Origin: Felis catus
Lineage: Eukaryota
Length of the DNA: 64,000 nucleotides
NCBI RefSeq assembly: GCF_018350175.1
Contig: NC_058368.1
Span: 177,384,001 to 177,448,000, forward strand
Direction of reading: 5' to 3'
In this document: positions 11,953-23,164 of the stretch, one piece after another
Position numbering within the stretch: the stretch's first letter is position 1
Layout of the letters: each line of letters opens with the position of its first letter
Notes under the pieces: model-generated
Seen by the model: only the letters and a program-made list of their open reading frames with translations
What the model was told of the DNA's origin: nothing
Database searches by the model: none
Made by a program: the position numbers and the translations under genes

Positions 11953-12176
11953 TTTCAGTGTTTATTTATTTTTGAGAGAGAGAGGGAGAGACAGCGTGTG
12001 AGCAGGAGAAGGGCAGAGAGAAAGAGGGAGACACAAAATATGAAACAGCCTGCAGGCTCCAGGCTCTGAGCTGTCAGCACAGAGCCTGATGCAGGGCTTG
12101 AACCCACGAATCACGAGATCGTGACCTGAGCTCAAGTCAGACGGATGCCTAGCCGACTGAGCCACCCAGGTGCCCC
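11953..12176 (-). mobile_element. Can-SINE
   Basis: Full head and tail; TSD tagagatgtSccttt (11938-11952 / 12177-12191). Confidence 0.96.
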
Positions 12177-13066
12177 TAGAGATGTCCCTTTAACCCTAGG
12201 TATTTCAGTATGTCTTGCCTAAGAACAAAAACATTCTCTTTTCTAACAAGGATCAAAATCAGGAAAATTAACATTAATGGAATCCTCTTATGTAATCCAC
12301 AGACCATATTTAAATGTTATCAGTTGACTCAATAATCCTGTCTTTAATAGCCATTTCCCCAGTCCAGGAGCCAATTCAAGACCAGGATTACGTTCATCGT
12401 CATGTTTTTCAGCCTCCTTTAATATAGAATAGGCCCTCAGCCTTTCTTCATCTTTCATGGCTGTAACTCTTTTGAAGATTAAAGGCTAGTTATTTGGCAG
12501 GATGTTATTAAATTTAAGTTTAGCTGGTGTTGCCTCACAATTATATTCGTATCATGCATTTGGGGGCAGGAATACCACCAAAGTGATATTGTGTCTTTTT
12601 CAAGGCATCATGTCAGGAGGCATGTGGGGTTGCTTTGTCCCAGTTTTGGTGATGTTAGTTTTGCTCACTTGGTCAAAGGGATATCTTCATTATAATTCTA
12701 TCTTTGTCTTCAGACTCAATAAATCATCTGTGGGGAGATAGTTGGAGACTATGTAAATATCTTGCTCTTTACCACACACCCACTAATTTTATCATCTGTT
12801 AATAATTTCCTAATTCTGTCATTCCTTGTATGTTAATTAGCTGGCATTCTATTGCAAGAAAGAAAGTTCTCCTCTGAGTTGTCTCAGATTTGGCAGTGGG
12901 GGCTCCTCCAAGCTGATTCTTGCGTCCTCTTGATGTGCCTCTGTTCTTTGCACACCACCTTGCTTTTGGGCGCAACCACGAGTTCTCGCCTCATCTGCCC
13001 CAGCCCCTAAATCAGCAATTTTCCCAGAAGATTTTGCTAGTTCCTTTGAGTGGAGAATGATATTTA

Positions 13067-13277
13067 CTTTTATTATTATTTATTTTTTATTGTTTATTTT
13101 TGAGAGACAGAGAGAAAAAACATGGGCGGGGAGGGGCGGAGAGAGGGGGACAGAGGATCCTAAAAAAGCTCTGCGCTGACAGCGGTGAGCCCGCCATGGG
13201 GCTCGAACTCACGAACCACGAGATCATGACCTGAGCTGAAGGCGGACACTTAACCGACTGACCCACCCAGGCACCCG
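13067..13277 (-). mobile_element. Can-SINE
   Basis: 20-bp TSD tgagtggagRatgatattta (13047-13066 / 13278-13297). Confidence 0.96.
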
Positions 13278-13978
13278 TGAGTGGAGGATGATATTTAGAA
13301 AGCAAGATCTGAGCGCAGGCTGTATGTGCCTTGCTACCTAGGTGTCATTGCTTCTAGAACCTCTTAATTTTACTTCCATGACAAGTTTTCTGATATTTTT
13401 GTCTATGTAGGTTCATCATTGAGATTTTGCCTATCCTAGAACTTCATAGAAATGCAATTCAGTATACAGTAATTATCGTTTTTGTATCTGGGTTCTTTCA
13501 GCTAATGTAATGTGTGTGAGAGGCATTTATGTTATTGCATGTGTCATTAGTTTGTTTCTTCTTTTTGCTAAGTGGTACTTACTCTGTTTTATGAGTACAC
13601 CACAGTTTGTTTATTCATTCTCCCGTTGATGGACATTTGGGTTATTTCCAGTTTAGGGCTATAATGAATAAAGCCGCTATGAGGATTCATGTAAATGTGT
13701 TTTTGTGAACTTAAATATTTGTTGCTCCTGGATAAATACCTAAAAGTGGAATTGCTAGATTAATGGTTAGGTGTCTGTTTTTTCCTTTTCCCTTTTTGCT
13801 TGGTGGGAGGGGGGGGCAGGTAACAGCTCTACTGAATATAGCTCACACATAATTAACTTTATACGAAACAACCAGATAGTTTTCTAAAGTAGTTGTACTA
13901 TTTTGTACTTCCAGCAACAATGTATGAGAATTTCTCCTGTTTCACAACCTAACCAGTATTTAAAGTTGTCAGTGTTTT

Positions 13979-14208
13979 TTTTTGTTTGTTTGTTTTAAAC
14001 ATTTTTAACATTTATTTATTTTTGAGAGACAGAGAGTGAGTGGGAGAGGGGCAGAGAGAGAGAGAGAGAGAGAGACACAGAATCTGAAGCAGGCTCCAGG
14101 CTCTGAGCTGTCAGCACACAGCCCGACACGGGGCTTGAACTCATGACCATGAGATCATGACCTCAGCCGAAATCGGATGGTTAAGTGACTGAGCCACCCA
14201 GGTGCCCC
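13979..14208 (-). mobile_element. Can-SINE
   Basis: 16-bp TSD aagttgtcagtgtttt (13963-13978 / 14211-14226). Confidence 0.96.
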
Positions 14209-15509
14209 TGAAGTTGTCAGTGTTTTAAATTTTAGCCATGTTGGTGGTTATGGAGAGGTATCTCATTGTAGTTCTAATTAATATCTCCCTGATGACTAAT
14301 GATGGTGAGGGCTTTTTCATGTGCTCAAATGTCATTGGTATATCTTCTTTTATGAAATGTCTGTTGTAGTCTTTTGACAATAAAGTAAGTTAAATATTTT
14401 GTTTTTTGAGTTGTAGGAGTTCTTTATATTCTATTCTATAAATGAAAGCTGTAGAAAGTCTCTACGTTTTTATTTACCTGAAAAAAGAAATCTTGATTTT
14501 ACCTTCACTTTTGAAGGCTGTTTTTTACTCAACATAGATTCCTAGGCTGATACATTTTTCCTGACGTTTTAAAGGTGCCCTTTTATTGTCTTCTGGATTT
14601 TACTGTTTTTGATGAGAGGTTAGCCATCATTTATATATTTGTTCCTTTGTATGTATTGTGTTATTACTTTTAAAATGGTTTTACTTTCTTGGCTGAGATG
14701 CCTCATCTGTTTTATAATGATGACAATGTTTTCCTTTAAAATCCTAGAACATATTTATAATACCTGTTTTGAAGTGCTTTTCTGCTAATGTGAACATTTG
14801 GATTGTCTCAGAGTTGGTATCTGTTGATGGTGATTTTCTCTTGGCTGTGAGTCATGCTTTTTTGTTTCTTTGCGTGCCTGGTAATTTTTTTTTTACTGTA
14901 TCCTGAAGATTTCAAACCATGCCTTGTATGACTTCTGGATTCAGTTATCTTCCTTTGAAGAATGTGGGGCTTTGCCCCACCAAGCTGTTGACTCAGTTGA
15001 GTTTAAACTCCAAACTCAGTCTCCTTTGCTGTGGATAGCAGCTGAAACTGCTCAGTTTCTGCAACTTCCAGCCTGTTGCTTTTTGCTGAGAATCTTGGAA
15101 TCTTCCCTACGCACCCACAATTCAGGAGTCAACAAGAATTTGAGGTAGAGTTTTTAGTGCAGATTTTAGAGGTTTCGTATTTTGTGGCTCTCTCCTTTCC
15201 AGGATTTCCCCCTCGGTTTCAACCCTTCTGGCAGCCTCAAACTTCATTCTCTGACTCTTTAAACCAGTAATGCTGAGGATTTTTGCTTGAGTTACAGCCA
15301 CTCTGGGCTACATCCATTGGGGCATATTCTTAGGTTGGAACCTAGTCAACTTCCCTTCAGTTTCGGTCTGCTTTTGGTAACTCTCCACTGCCTTCAGATG
15401 GTTGTTTTGTCCAGTTTGTAGGCTGCTAGGAGAGTTATTACAACACAAGTTACCGTACCATTACTGGAAGTGTAACTTCCTGCATTTGTATATGATATCA
15501 ATGTTCACT

Positions 15510-15642
15510 TATTTAATGTCTGCCTCTCTCACGAGAGGGAACTCTGTCAGAACAGACCACTTTGGTTTTGCTTACTGTTGCGTTCTCATTGTTTGGTATT
15601 TAGTAGTCACTCAACAAATAATAGCAGGATGAATAAATGAAT
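15510..15642 (+). mobile_element. L2 3' end
   Basis: 'tagtagtcactcaacaaata...gaataaatgaatg' terminus. Confidence 0.65.
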
Positions 15643-15689
15643 GTGCTATTTAATTCTCACAACTCCCATGTTATGTTCTTTCCATTTCC

Positions 15690-16070
15690 CCCTCTGTTCT
15701 CAGCTTTGCCCTTTGGCTGGCTCTTCTTACAGTCACACGACAGCTGCTATAGTTCCAAGCATCTCATGCACAGATGACAATGCCAAGAGGAAGGGAAGAG
15801 ACTGTTTCTTCCTATGCCTTTGCTTTTAAGAGCAGAAACAATTTTCCCAGAATTCCTCCAGCTGGCTCCCTTTCCTATCTCATTGACCAGAACTGGCCCT
15901 CAGGCCTCTCTCCTCGGTCATTTACCGGTAAGGGGAATGGGGACACCATCATTGGCTTAGACTAACTGGGATCTATCCTTGAGTCACTTGAAGAAGTAAA
16001 TAGCAGGTCAAAATCTTGACTCAGCTAGCAAGGAGAGAGGGGGTGACATGAACAATAGGTGGCAACCACT
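15690..16070 (-). mobile_element. Old MaLR LTR remnant (MLT1K/L-like)
   Basis: 'gacagctgctatagttccaagcatctcatgc', 'tctcattgaccagaactgg', 'catcattggcttagactaa'. Confidence 0.55.
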
Positions 16071-16299
16071 AGTGACTTATATAAATGGTTGCCAAAATGA
16101 GATGTGGGTTCTCCCTTTGTGGGGCTTACGGTTTGGTGGGGGAGATTTATCTAATCGCTCTGATAAACATGTAATTAAAACTGAGGTCGGTGCTACGAAG
16201 GGAAAGAAAGCCAGTTGTGTAGCATGTAGTCAGGAAACTGACCCACGATGGGGTGGGGGGGGGCGGTCCTGGCGAATGTGGTTGGGGAAGCCGGGAACA

Positions 16300-16480
16300 T
16301 GGTCTGCAGGTTTGCTGGCTTGAGTGCAAATTCCACTCCACTTCCTAGCTGTGTGATTTTGGATAAATCACCACACGTCTCTGAGCCCAATTTCACCTGC
16401 AACAATTTTTCCTAGGGTTGTTAAAGTATTAAATAAGCCACTCTGTGTAACCACTTGGCACATAGTAGGCACTTAAGGGA
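16300..16480 (+). mobile_element. MIR remnant
   Basis: 'ccacttcctagctgtgtgattttggataaatcaccacacgtctctgagcc'. Confidence 0.8.
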
Positions 16481-17855
16481 TTCCTTTTCCAGCTTAATGA
16501 GGGAAAAAATGTATGTTTGGAGTTAGCAACAAGACAGGATGATTCCTCATGTTTGTTTTGGAAAACAAGTCTTAAACTCACAGCCGTGACAGAGTCTGAC
16601 ATCATCAGACATAAGGCGCTTTAAGGATCACACTCTTAATTGAACATGTTCAAAGTTTGTGATTAATTGTAGTCCTTTTCAGATCCTTTCCCTGAGAATT
16701 TCATTTTTCTCCCCACCCAGCCGGGGTCAGGCTCACAATGTAACAAGTACAATAAATCCCTCAGCGAAGATGGCCTCGTTCTTGTGCGAGCTGGAGCAGA
16801 GCTCATCTGGATTGTAAACCTTGGCGGTTTGGAGTCACCTGGTGGGGTTTATGTGCACCAGCTGGGGCCCAGCCTACCTAATTAGGACCAGAGAGTGGTC
16901 GCGAAGGGACGGGCGCGTATTCTAGGTGCCCTCCTCCAGTGTCTGTTTCTAATAACAGCAGCAAGTAGCAGAGGCGGCAGGGTGAGCACAATGACATCAT
17001 CCCCCCAGCTGTTTTACACATCTGTAACATGGCTCATTAGGACTCTCTTAACACCTCATCCTTCCCTGCTCCATACAGCTCCAGTTGCGTGAGAAAGGGT
17101 GCTCTTGCATGCAAGGGGCCCTGGAGATCGCCGCACTGATTTCAGGGTCAAAGATTAGCTTGGGCATTCTCCCAGTAATCAGACTTTTCACAAGGACATC
17201 CCCATTAGCGCAAGCTCCTTTAAAGTGCTAATGGCTTCAGTATGAGGCTGGCACTTTTGCGCGATCCACGCTGTTCAGGGCCAACTTTGTATCGGGGAGC
17301 AGGACATCTGCGGCAGCTGCAGAACTGTTTTTGCTTATTTTGAGCATTCTAAGTTTTTCCGAGCCATGAATAACAACAATCGAATAAATCATCACACAGT
17401 TTGTAGAGAAGGGTTGTTTTTCCAACCAGAACAAAAAAAAAGATGGCTTATCGCGTGCGCTATGGATATTACGCATAAAAAAATTCCACCGTATTCACGT
17501 GCAGCGGTTAGCTACATGTATTTAGGTATTTGAAGTGTGTATGAGAAAAGTTTCCCAGGTTTCACTGGACAGCTTAAATGATTAAACGAAAACATTAAAG
17601 TTTTATTACTATTAAGTATAATGCATATCCCAAAATGAAAGATATGTGATATTTACAAAATGAAAGAAAAAAATAGCCAGCCTCATGGAAAGCAGCAGAG
17701 TCCCCCTGGGCTTAGAGACCTTCTAAGGGTTCTACAACTTACCGTGGGGTAGGGTGGGGGCACGGGGTTCATTTTACTTCTTTAAGTTTCCTCATCTTCA
17801 AATGGGGATGATATGCCTCATGGGGTTTTTGAGAGGATCAAAAATATAAGTATGG

Positions 17856-18058
17856 GGGGTGCGTGGGTGACTCAGTCAGTTAAGTGTCCAACTCTTGGTT
17901 TCAGCTCAGGTCAGGATCTCACGGTTCGTGAGTTCGAGCCCTGCATTGGACTCTGCTGATAGCGTGGAACCTGCTTAGGATTCTCTCTCTCCCCCTCTCT
18001 CTGCCCCTTCCCCACTCATGCTCTCTCTCTCTCAAAAATAAATAAACATTAAAAATAT
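17856..18058 (+). mobile_element. Older-type Can-SINE inserted in a MIR (~17780-18125)
   Basis: Head with 'actcttggtttcagctcagg'; TSD atataagYatgg (17844-17855 / 18059-18070). Confidence 0.95.
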
Positions 18059-18347
18059 ATATAAGCATGGAAAATGGTATTGTGGCTATCATAAGATAAG
18101 TGCTTGAATATGTTAACTGTTATTACTGCTATTATTATTATTTCTGCTACAACTGTGTTATTGTGGAAATGCAAAGGAGTAAGAGATATATGCGTGTTTT
18201 ATCAACTATTACATGCTGCATGTACCATGTTTCAACTAATACAAAATGACACCTGTTGCAAGATGATTGTTGTATTGCTTCTAAGAGAGAAAAAAAGGCA
18301 GTCCATCAAACTGTGGCACATTGCTTTCTGGCTACATCAGCTGTCAG

Positions 18348-19110
18348 GTGTATCCTTTTCAGTTAGGATAGAATAGGTTATGCAGCAGTAACAAACAGCC
18401 ACAAAGTTCCAGTGGCGTATACAACCAAAGTTTATTTCTAGCTTATGTTACCTGCCAGATGCAGGGGATGGGAGGGTTCTGCTCACTGTGGTCGCCTGGG
18501 GACTCTATTCGTTTGTTCGGGCTGTCATAACAAAGCACCACAGAGAAGGGGATTAAACAACAGAAATGTTGTTTAACATTTCTAAAAGTTCAAGATCAAG
18601 GTGATCTCAGGGCTGGTTTCTTCTGAGGCCTCTCTCCTTGGCTTGTAGGTGGCTGTCTTCTCCCTGTGTCCTCACGTGGGCTTTTCTGGGTGTCTGTGTC
18701 CTAGTGTCTTCTTCTTATAAGGATACCAGTCACATTGGGTTAGGGTCCACTGTAATGACCTGATTTTAACTTCATTATCTCTTTAGAGACCCTATTTCTA
18801 AATATAGCTCCATTCTGAGCTATCGGGGGTTAGGGCTTCAACATACGAATTTTGAGGGGGACACAATTCAGCCCATAACAGGAGGCCAGACTAGGGGAGG
18901 CTCCGTGATCATTTGGCAGGGACAAAGCTACATGGCCAACCGCACTGGCTCTTCAAGGCTCCTATTCAGAAACCACACTGTTGGCCAAAGCAAGTTCCAT
19001 GGGCACGTTTAACTTCAAAGGGCTATGCGACTGGAGAAGTGCGACGCTACCTTGCTCCCAGAGGGAGAGAACCGGCCTACTTTTTGGACGGCTCAATAGC
19101 TACCCCACAA
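18348..19110 (-). mobile_element. Old MaLR LTR (MLT1J/K-like) split by a younger MLT1
   Basis: 'taggttatgcagcagtaacaaac...aaagtttatttct' left of the insert; 'ttggccaaagcaagttccatgg...aacttcaaaggg' right of it. Confidence 0.65.
18504..18880 (-). mobile_element. MaLR solo LTR (MLT1A/B-like)
   Basis: 'aagttcaagatcaaggtg', 'cttcttctTataaggataccagtcacattgg', terminal 'ggggacacaattcagcccataaca'. Confidence 0.88.
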
Positions 19111-19499
19111 CCCAATTTTGGAAGTGTTAATATGTGAAAAAAATGTGTATCTTAGAATCAATAAAATAGGAGATATGAGAGGGATGGTAATTGCTGAATT
19201 GTAAGGGTGACAGTCAAGTGACCCTCTCTGCCCACCTAGAAAATGGCTTAGGGAGTTCCTTATCAAGAATTTAATGATTATAAATTTGAATGATCATTAA
19301 AAGCATAAGCATGAAGTTCTGGAAGAATTGGTAATCTCTCAGGCCTCTGAAAATAATCTGATTTCACAGACCAAGCCCTCTTTTCTTGCAAGCCGATCTA
19401 TGAATGTAGAAGATGTGCATCACGACCATTGCTGTCTCTCCCCTCCCCATCCGTTTCCTCTTTCCCGGCAGCTCTCAAGGTGTGTGGTCAGGTTAAGGG

Positions 19500-19905
19500 A
19501 TTGCAGCTTAACCCAGGTAGGTGTCACATTCCTCTCGCCACCATCACTGGCTCTGGGATGTTTTCATGAGAAAACTGAGATGGTGAAAAAGTAAATGCTT
19601 TTTTTCCCCCCGAGGTTATTGGCACGGTTCTCCGCTGGGGGAATTCTTTCCCTCTGGGCACGAAGTAGACCAGATGTAAGTTCAAAGTTATAGGAACCAT
19701 TTTGCCACCACAAGAATCATGAGAATGAAGCCAGCGTAGTACGGAGAGTTGTTGAGAAACCAACCTGATTTGACCTTCTGTGAACCCCTGGATCTAGCTG
19801 TGCCTGAAGCCAGAACTTTTCAATAACATGAATCCAAAAGTCTTTTTTTTGATAAATCACTTTGAAGTTGGGTTTTCTACAACTTGCAGCTGAAAAGGTT
19901 GATAT
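19500..19905 (+). mobile_element. ERVL LTR remnant (LTR16/LTR33-like)
   Basis: 'cccctggatctagctgtgcctgaagccag', 'gttgggttttctacaacttgcagctgaaa'. Confidence 0.6.
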
Positions 19906-20045
19906 GGAGTGAAAAAAATCTAGTAAGCACCACAATACTGTGCCTGAATAGTAAAAGAGACAATTATGTGTGAACTTCCAGCAGTATTTAAAGAGCCCAT
20001 TCCTGTCAGTTTCCTATAATACCTATCAGAATTCCTGTCTTGGAT

Positions 20046-20530
20046 TTTTATTTTATTTTATTTTATTTTATTTTATTTTATTTTATTTTATTTTATTTTA
20101 TTTTGAGAGAGAGAGCATACATGTGTGCGAGCATGATTGGGGGAGGGGAAAAGGGAGAGGAAGAGAGAGAATCTTAAGCAGGTTCCATGCCCAGTGTGGA
20201 GCCCAATGTGGGCCTCCATCTCACAACCTCATGATTGTGAGATCATGACCTGAGCTGAAATCAAGATCAGGTGCTTGGGGCTCCTGGGTGACTCAGTCAG
20301 TTGAGCATCTGACTCTTGATTGCAGCTCAGGTCATGATCCCAGAGTTATGGGATTGAGCCCCGCCTCGGGCTCTGTGCTCAGGGTGGAGCCTGCTCTTAA
20401 ACATAAGAGTCTCTCTCTCCCTCTCTCTCTCTCTCTCATTCCCTCTGCCCTTCTCCCCCACTTGAACGTTCTCTCTCTTTTAAAAAAAAAAGAGTTGGAT
20501 GTTTAACTGACTGAGCCACCCAGGCACCCC
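20046..20530 (-). mobile_element. Older Can-SINE (outer) with (TTTTA)n tail, interrupted at 20277-20489
   Basis: Body 20046-20276; its head 'ttaactgactgagccacccaggcacccc' resumes at 20491-20530. Confidence 0.92.
20277..20489 (+). mobile_element. Can-SINE nested antisense inside another Can-SINE
   Basis: Starts ggggctcctgggtgactcag and ends in an A-tail; decayed TSD aagatcaggtgctt (20263-20276) / aagagttggatgttt (20490-20504). Confidence 0.92.
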
Positions 20531-20758
20531 AGAATTGTATTTTCTGAGTTGAGCTTTAATGTCATGCATAGATAGCCATATAAAATTCATGAATGTATTC
20601 ATTATAAAAAATATCACTGAAGATATCTTTGTATCGCTCAGTGATGTTTCGTAAATAAATTTCTTTTAGAATTCAGTGTTAGGAGAAACTTGAGGAAAAG
20701 GTATACCCTCCTCCCCTTCTGAAAATATGTGAATAACTAATCTTGTAACCTCTCTCTC

Positions 20759-20763
<5 letters not shown>

Positions 20764-20792
<29 letters not shown>
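20764..20792. repeat. Poly(T)29 preceded by (CT)n
   Basis: Direct reading. Confidence 0.95.
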
Positions 20793-20795
<3 letters not shown>

Positions 20796-21214
20796 TTGGC
20801 TGACAGGAAGCTCAGAACCACATTCAAAGCTCAATTTCAGGTTATTCTATACCACCTTGTGACTGGTACATTTTTCTTTGCCTTGGTTCTCGTGTTCTGT
20901 GCACCATACATTGTATGTGTTTTTGTTTACACCACCCCCAGATTCCTTTATGGAAGAAGAGTGTTATAAACACACAAACAAAAAGACGCCCAAGTTATAA
21001 AAGCAAGTATAGGAGAGAAGGAGTGTGCAACTGTGCTATGCATTTCCTCTAAGTTGAAGCCTGAAAAATGAGGTAGAAACTCTAAAAACCAGGTATTCGT
21101 GTGCGTTATAGGGGCCACGCATTTCCCTTCTCCTGACCCACACAAGTTTCTATTTTTGATATAATAGCGGAGGAGTAGAGTGGATTGCTTCTCCGTATGG
21201 CCTAGGGAAAGAAC

Positions 21215-21330
21215 TTTGGCTGAAACAGACAGGTTTTGGCCACTTCCTAGCTATGGGACCTTGGGCAAGTCACACCGGCTCCTTTGAGTCCCAGCTTCTT
21301 TCATTATAGGAGGAAATGCCCATCAAGGGG
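21215..21330 (+). mobile_element. MIR remnant
   Basis: 'ccacttcctagctatgggaccttgggcaagtcac'. Confidence 0.75.
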
Positions 21331-22129
21331 ATTCTGGATGGGTGCTCTGTGGCACAGTACCTGGCAGACTGAGGCCTCCCCAGGGTGGCCATGTCTCCCA
21401 CAACCCCTTGCTTCTTGTACCACAGGACCACTTCTCTGCCTTCTTGCAGACCAACGCATCTGACATGGCTTGCGTATCGTGTGAGTTTACCCTGTGCCTT
21501 ATGTCGGTCAACCGTTGTCCCCCCACCCTTCACCCGGAGGCAGCCGAGGAGCCAGCTCTGTGTATCCTATGTATTCTAGTCTTGTCAGGTTATTGTAGAT
21601 ATTTGGCCCTTTATGGGTTTAGGGCCACTTGGATGAAGCCCTGTGTGAAGCTTACTTTTTTGTATCAGAAGGTGTTAAGGGAAAGCTTTGCTGGGAATTA
21701 TTTTCTCTCTAACAACAACAAAACAACAACAATTAGGGAAACTGATGCTCCTCCCTCCACTTTGGCTGCTGGGAAACTCAGCAGGATGTACCACGGACAG
21801 ATCAACAACTGTACCTGAACACGCATCTCTGCACCAGTCAGGGGATGGTGAGCTGTACCCCCTGACTTGAGACGTTCACAGACTGGAGAGTCCATGTCAG
21901 ATGGGAGGAGAGTAGGCTGCTGGGAGCCCAGGGCTCCTGGGGATTATTTGTTTTCTCAGAGTCTTGACTCCCTCCCAGGACTTAGGATTTTCTTCTAGAT
22001 TTTAGTTTCCGTACTTATATTTTCAATTGCACGTTTTGTTTTGCAAGCTACCCTGAATCCTTTGAACAATGAGACAGAGGCATAGATAGCATACAAGTAG
22101 AACAGCTTTTCTCTCTTGTATTATCATCC

Positions 22130-22602
22130 TGTGATAGCCTGGCCTTTGTAAGGTGGCTTTGCCACTCTTCCCGCAAGAAGTGGGGTGTGTCTAGTTCTCC
22201 ACCCCTTCAATCTGGGCTGCCATGTTGACTTGCTTTGGTCAATAGGATTCAGCAAAAGTGAGGGTGTGCTGGTTCCAACCCTTGGTATAGGAAGTCTTGA
22301 ATGCCTCCACTTGCTGTCTTGGACCCCGCCATCAAGAACAATCCTAGGCTAGCCTGCCACAGGGTGAAGTCCATGTGGAGGAGAGCCATCCTACAGCCGA
22401 CTGACCCCTGAGCATGGGAGAGATCCCAGCCAAATCAGAGCTGCCTGGATGACACGTGGCTGACTGCAGATGCATACATAAGCCAGCTAAGACTAGTAGA
22501 ACCACTCAGCTGACCCGAAGACTCGTGAGCAATGATAAATGCTTGTTGTTTCAAGCTACTAAGTTTAAGGATGGTCTGCTACAGAACAATAGTTATCATA
22601 CT
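22130..22602 (+). mobile_element. MaLR solo LTR (MLT1H-like)
   Basis: 'gacttgctttggtcaatagga', 'taggctagcctgc', 'ataaatgcttgttgtttcaagctactaagttt'. Confidence 0.8.
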
Positions 22603-22731
22603 CTCCCAGGACCTGCACAGTGACCGCGTACATTGTAAGTGCTACATAAATGCCTGTTTTGTGGAGTGAGATACTCTCATGTCATGGAATTAAGGACCTA
22701 CATTTTTATGTGGCTTTAGAATATTTTCTCT

Positions 22732-22946
22732 CTTTTTTTTTTTCAACGTTTATTTATTTTTGGGACAGAGAGAGACAGAGCATGAACGGGCGAGGGGCAG
22801 AGAGAGAGGGAGACACAGAATCGGAAACAGGCTCCAGGCTCTGAGCCATCAGCCCAGAGCCCGACGCGGGGCTCGAACTCACGGACCGCGAGATCGTGAC
22901 CTGGCTGAAGTCGGACGCTTAACCGACTGCGCCACCCAGGCGCCCC
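22732..22946 (-). mobile_element. Young felid Can-SINE (SINEC_Fc type) inserted in the tail of an older copy
   Basis: CpGs intact; TSD atattttctct (22721-22731 / 22947-22957). Confidence 0.97.
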
Positions 22947-22957
22947 ATATTTTCTCT

Positions 22958-23164
22958 TTTTTTAATAATTTTTTTAAGTTTATTTTTGAGAGACAGAGGG
23001 AGACAGAGCACAAGCAGGGGAGAGGCAGAGAGAGAGGGAGACACAGAATCGGAAGCAGGCTCCAGGCTCTGAGCTGTCAGCACAGAGACCGACGCGGGGC
23101 TCGAACTCACGGACCGTGAGATCACGACCTGAGCCGAAGTCGGACGCTTAACCCCAGGTGCCCC
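22958..23164 (-). mobile_element. Can-SINE with an 11-bp deletion across the A box
   Basis: Reads gcttaacc|ccaggtgcccc; TSD ggYtttagaatatttt (22712-22727 / 23165-23180) flanks both SINEs. Confidence 0.95.

Larger units (their letters stand above)
11750..15480 (-). mobile_element. Composite ancient L1M remnants (3' UTR, ORF2 end and more 5' pieces), split by three Can-SINEs
   Basis: Antisense L1 signatures 'ttgatggacatttgggttatttccagttt', 'tctccctgatgactaatgatggtgag', 'accttcacttttgaagg'; T-rich; no intact ORF. Confidence 0.85.

Noticed and set aside
11750..15480. Possible active LINE-1 / reverse transcriptase coding region
   Set aside because: Fragmented, stop-ridden and interrupted by SINEs; no RT or endonuclease ORF on the minus strand
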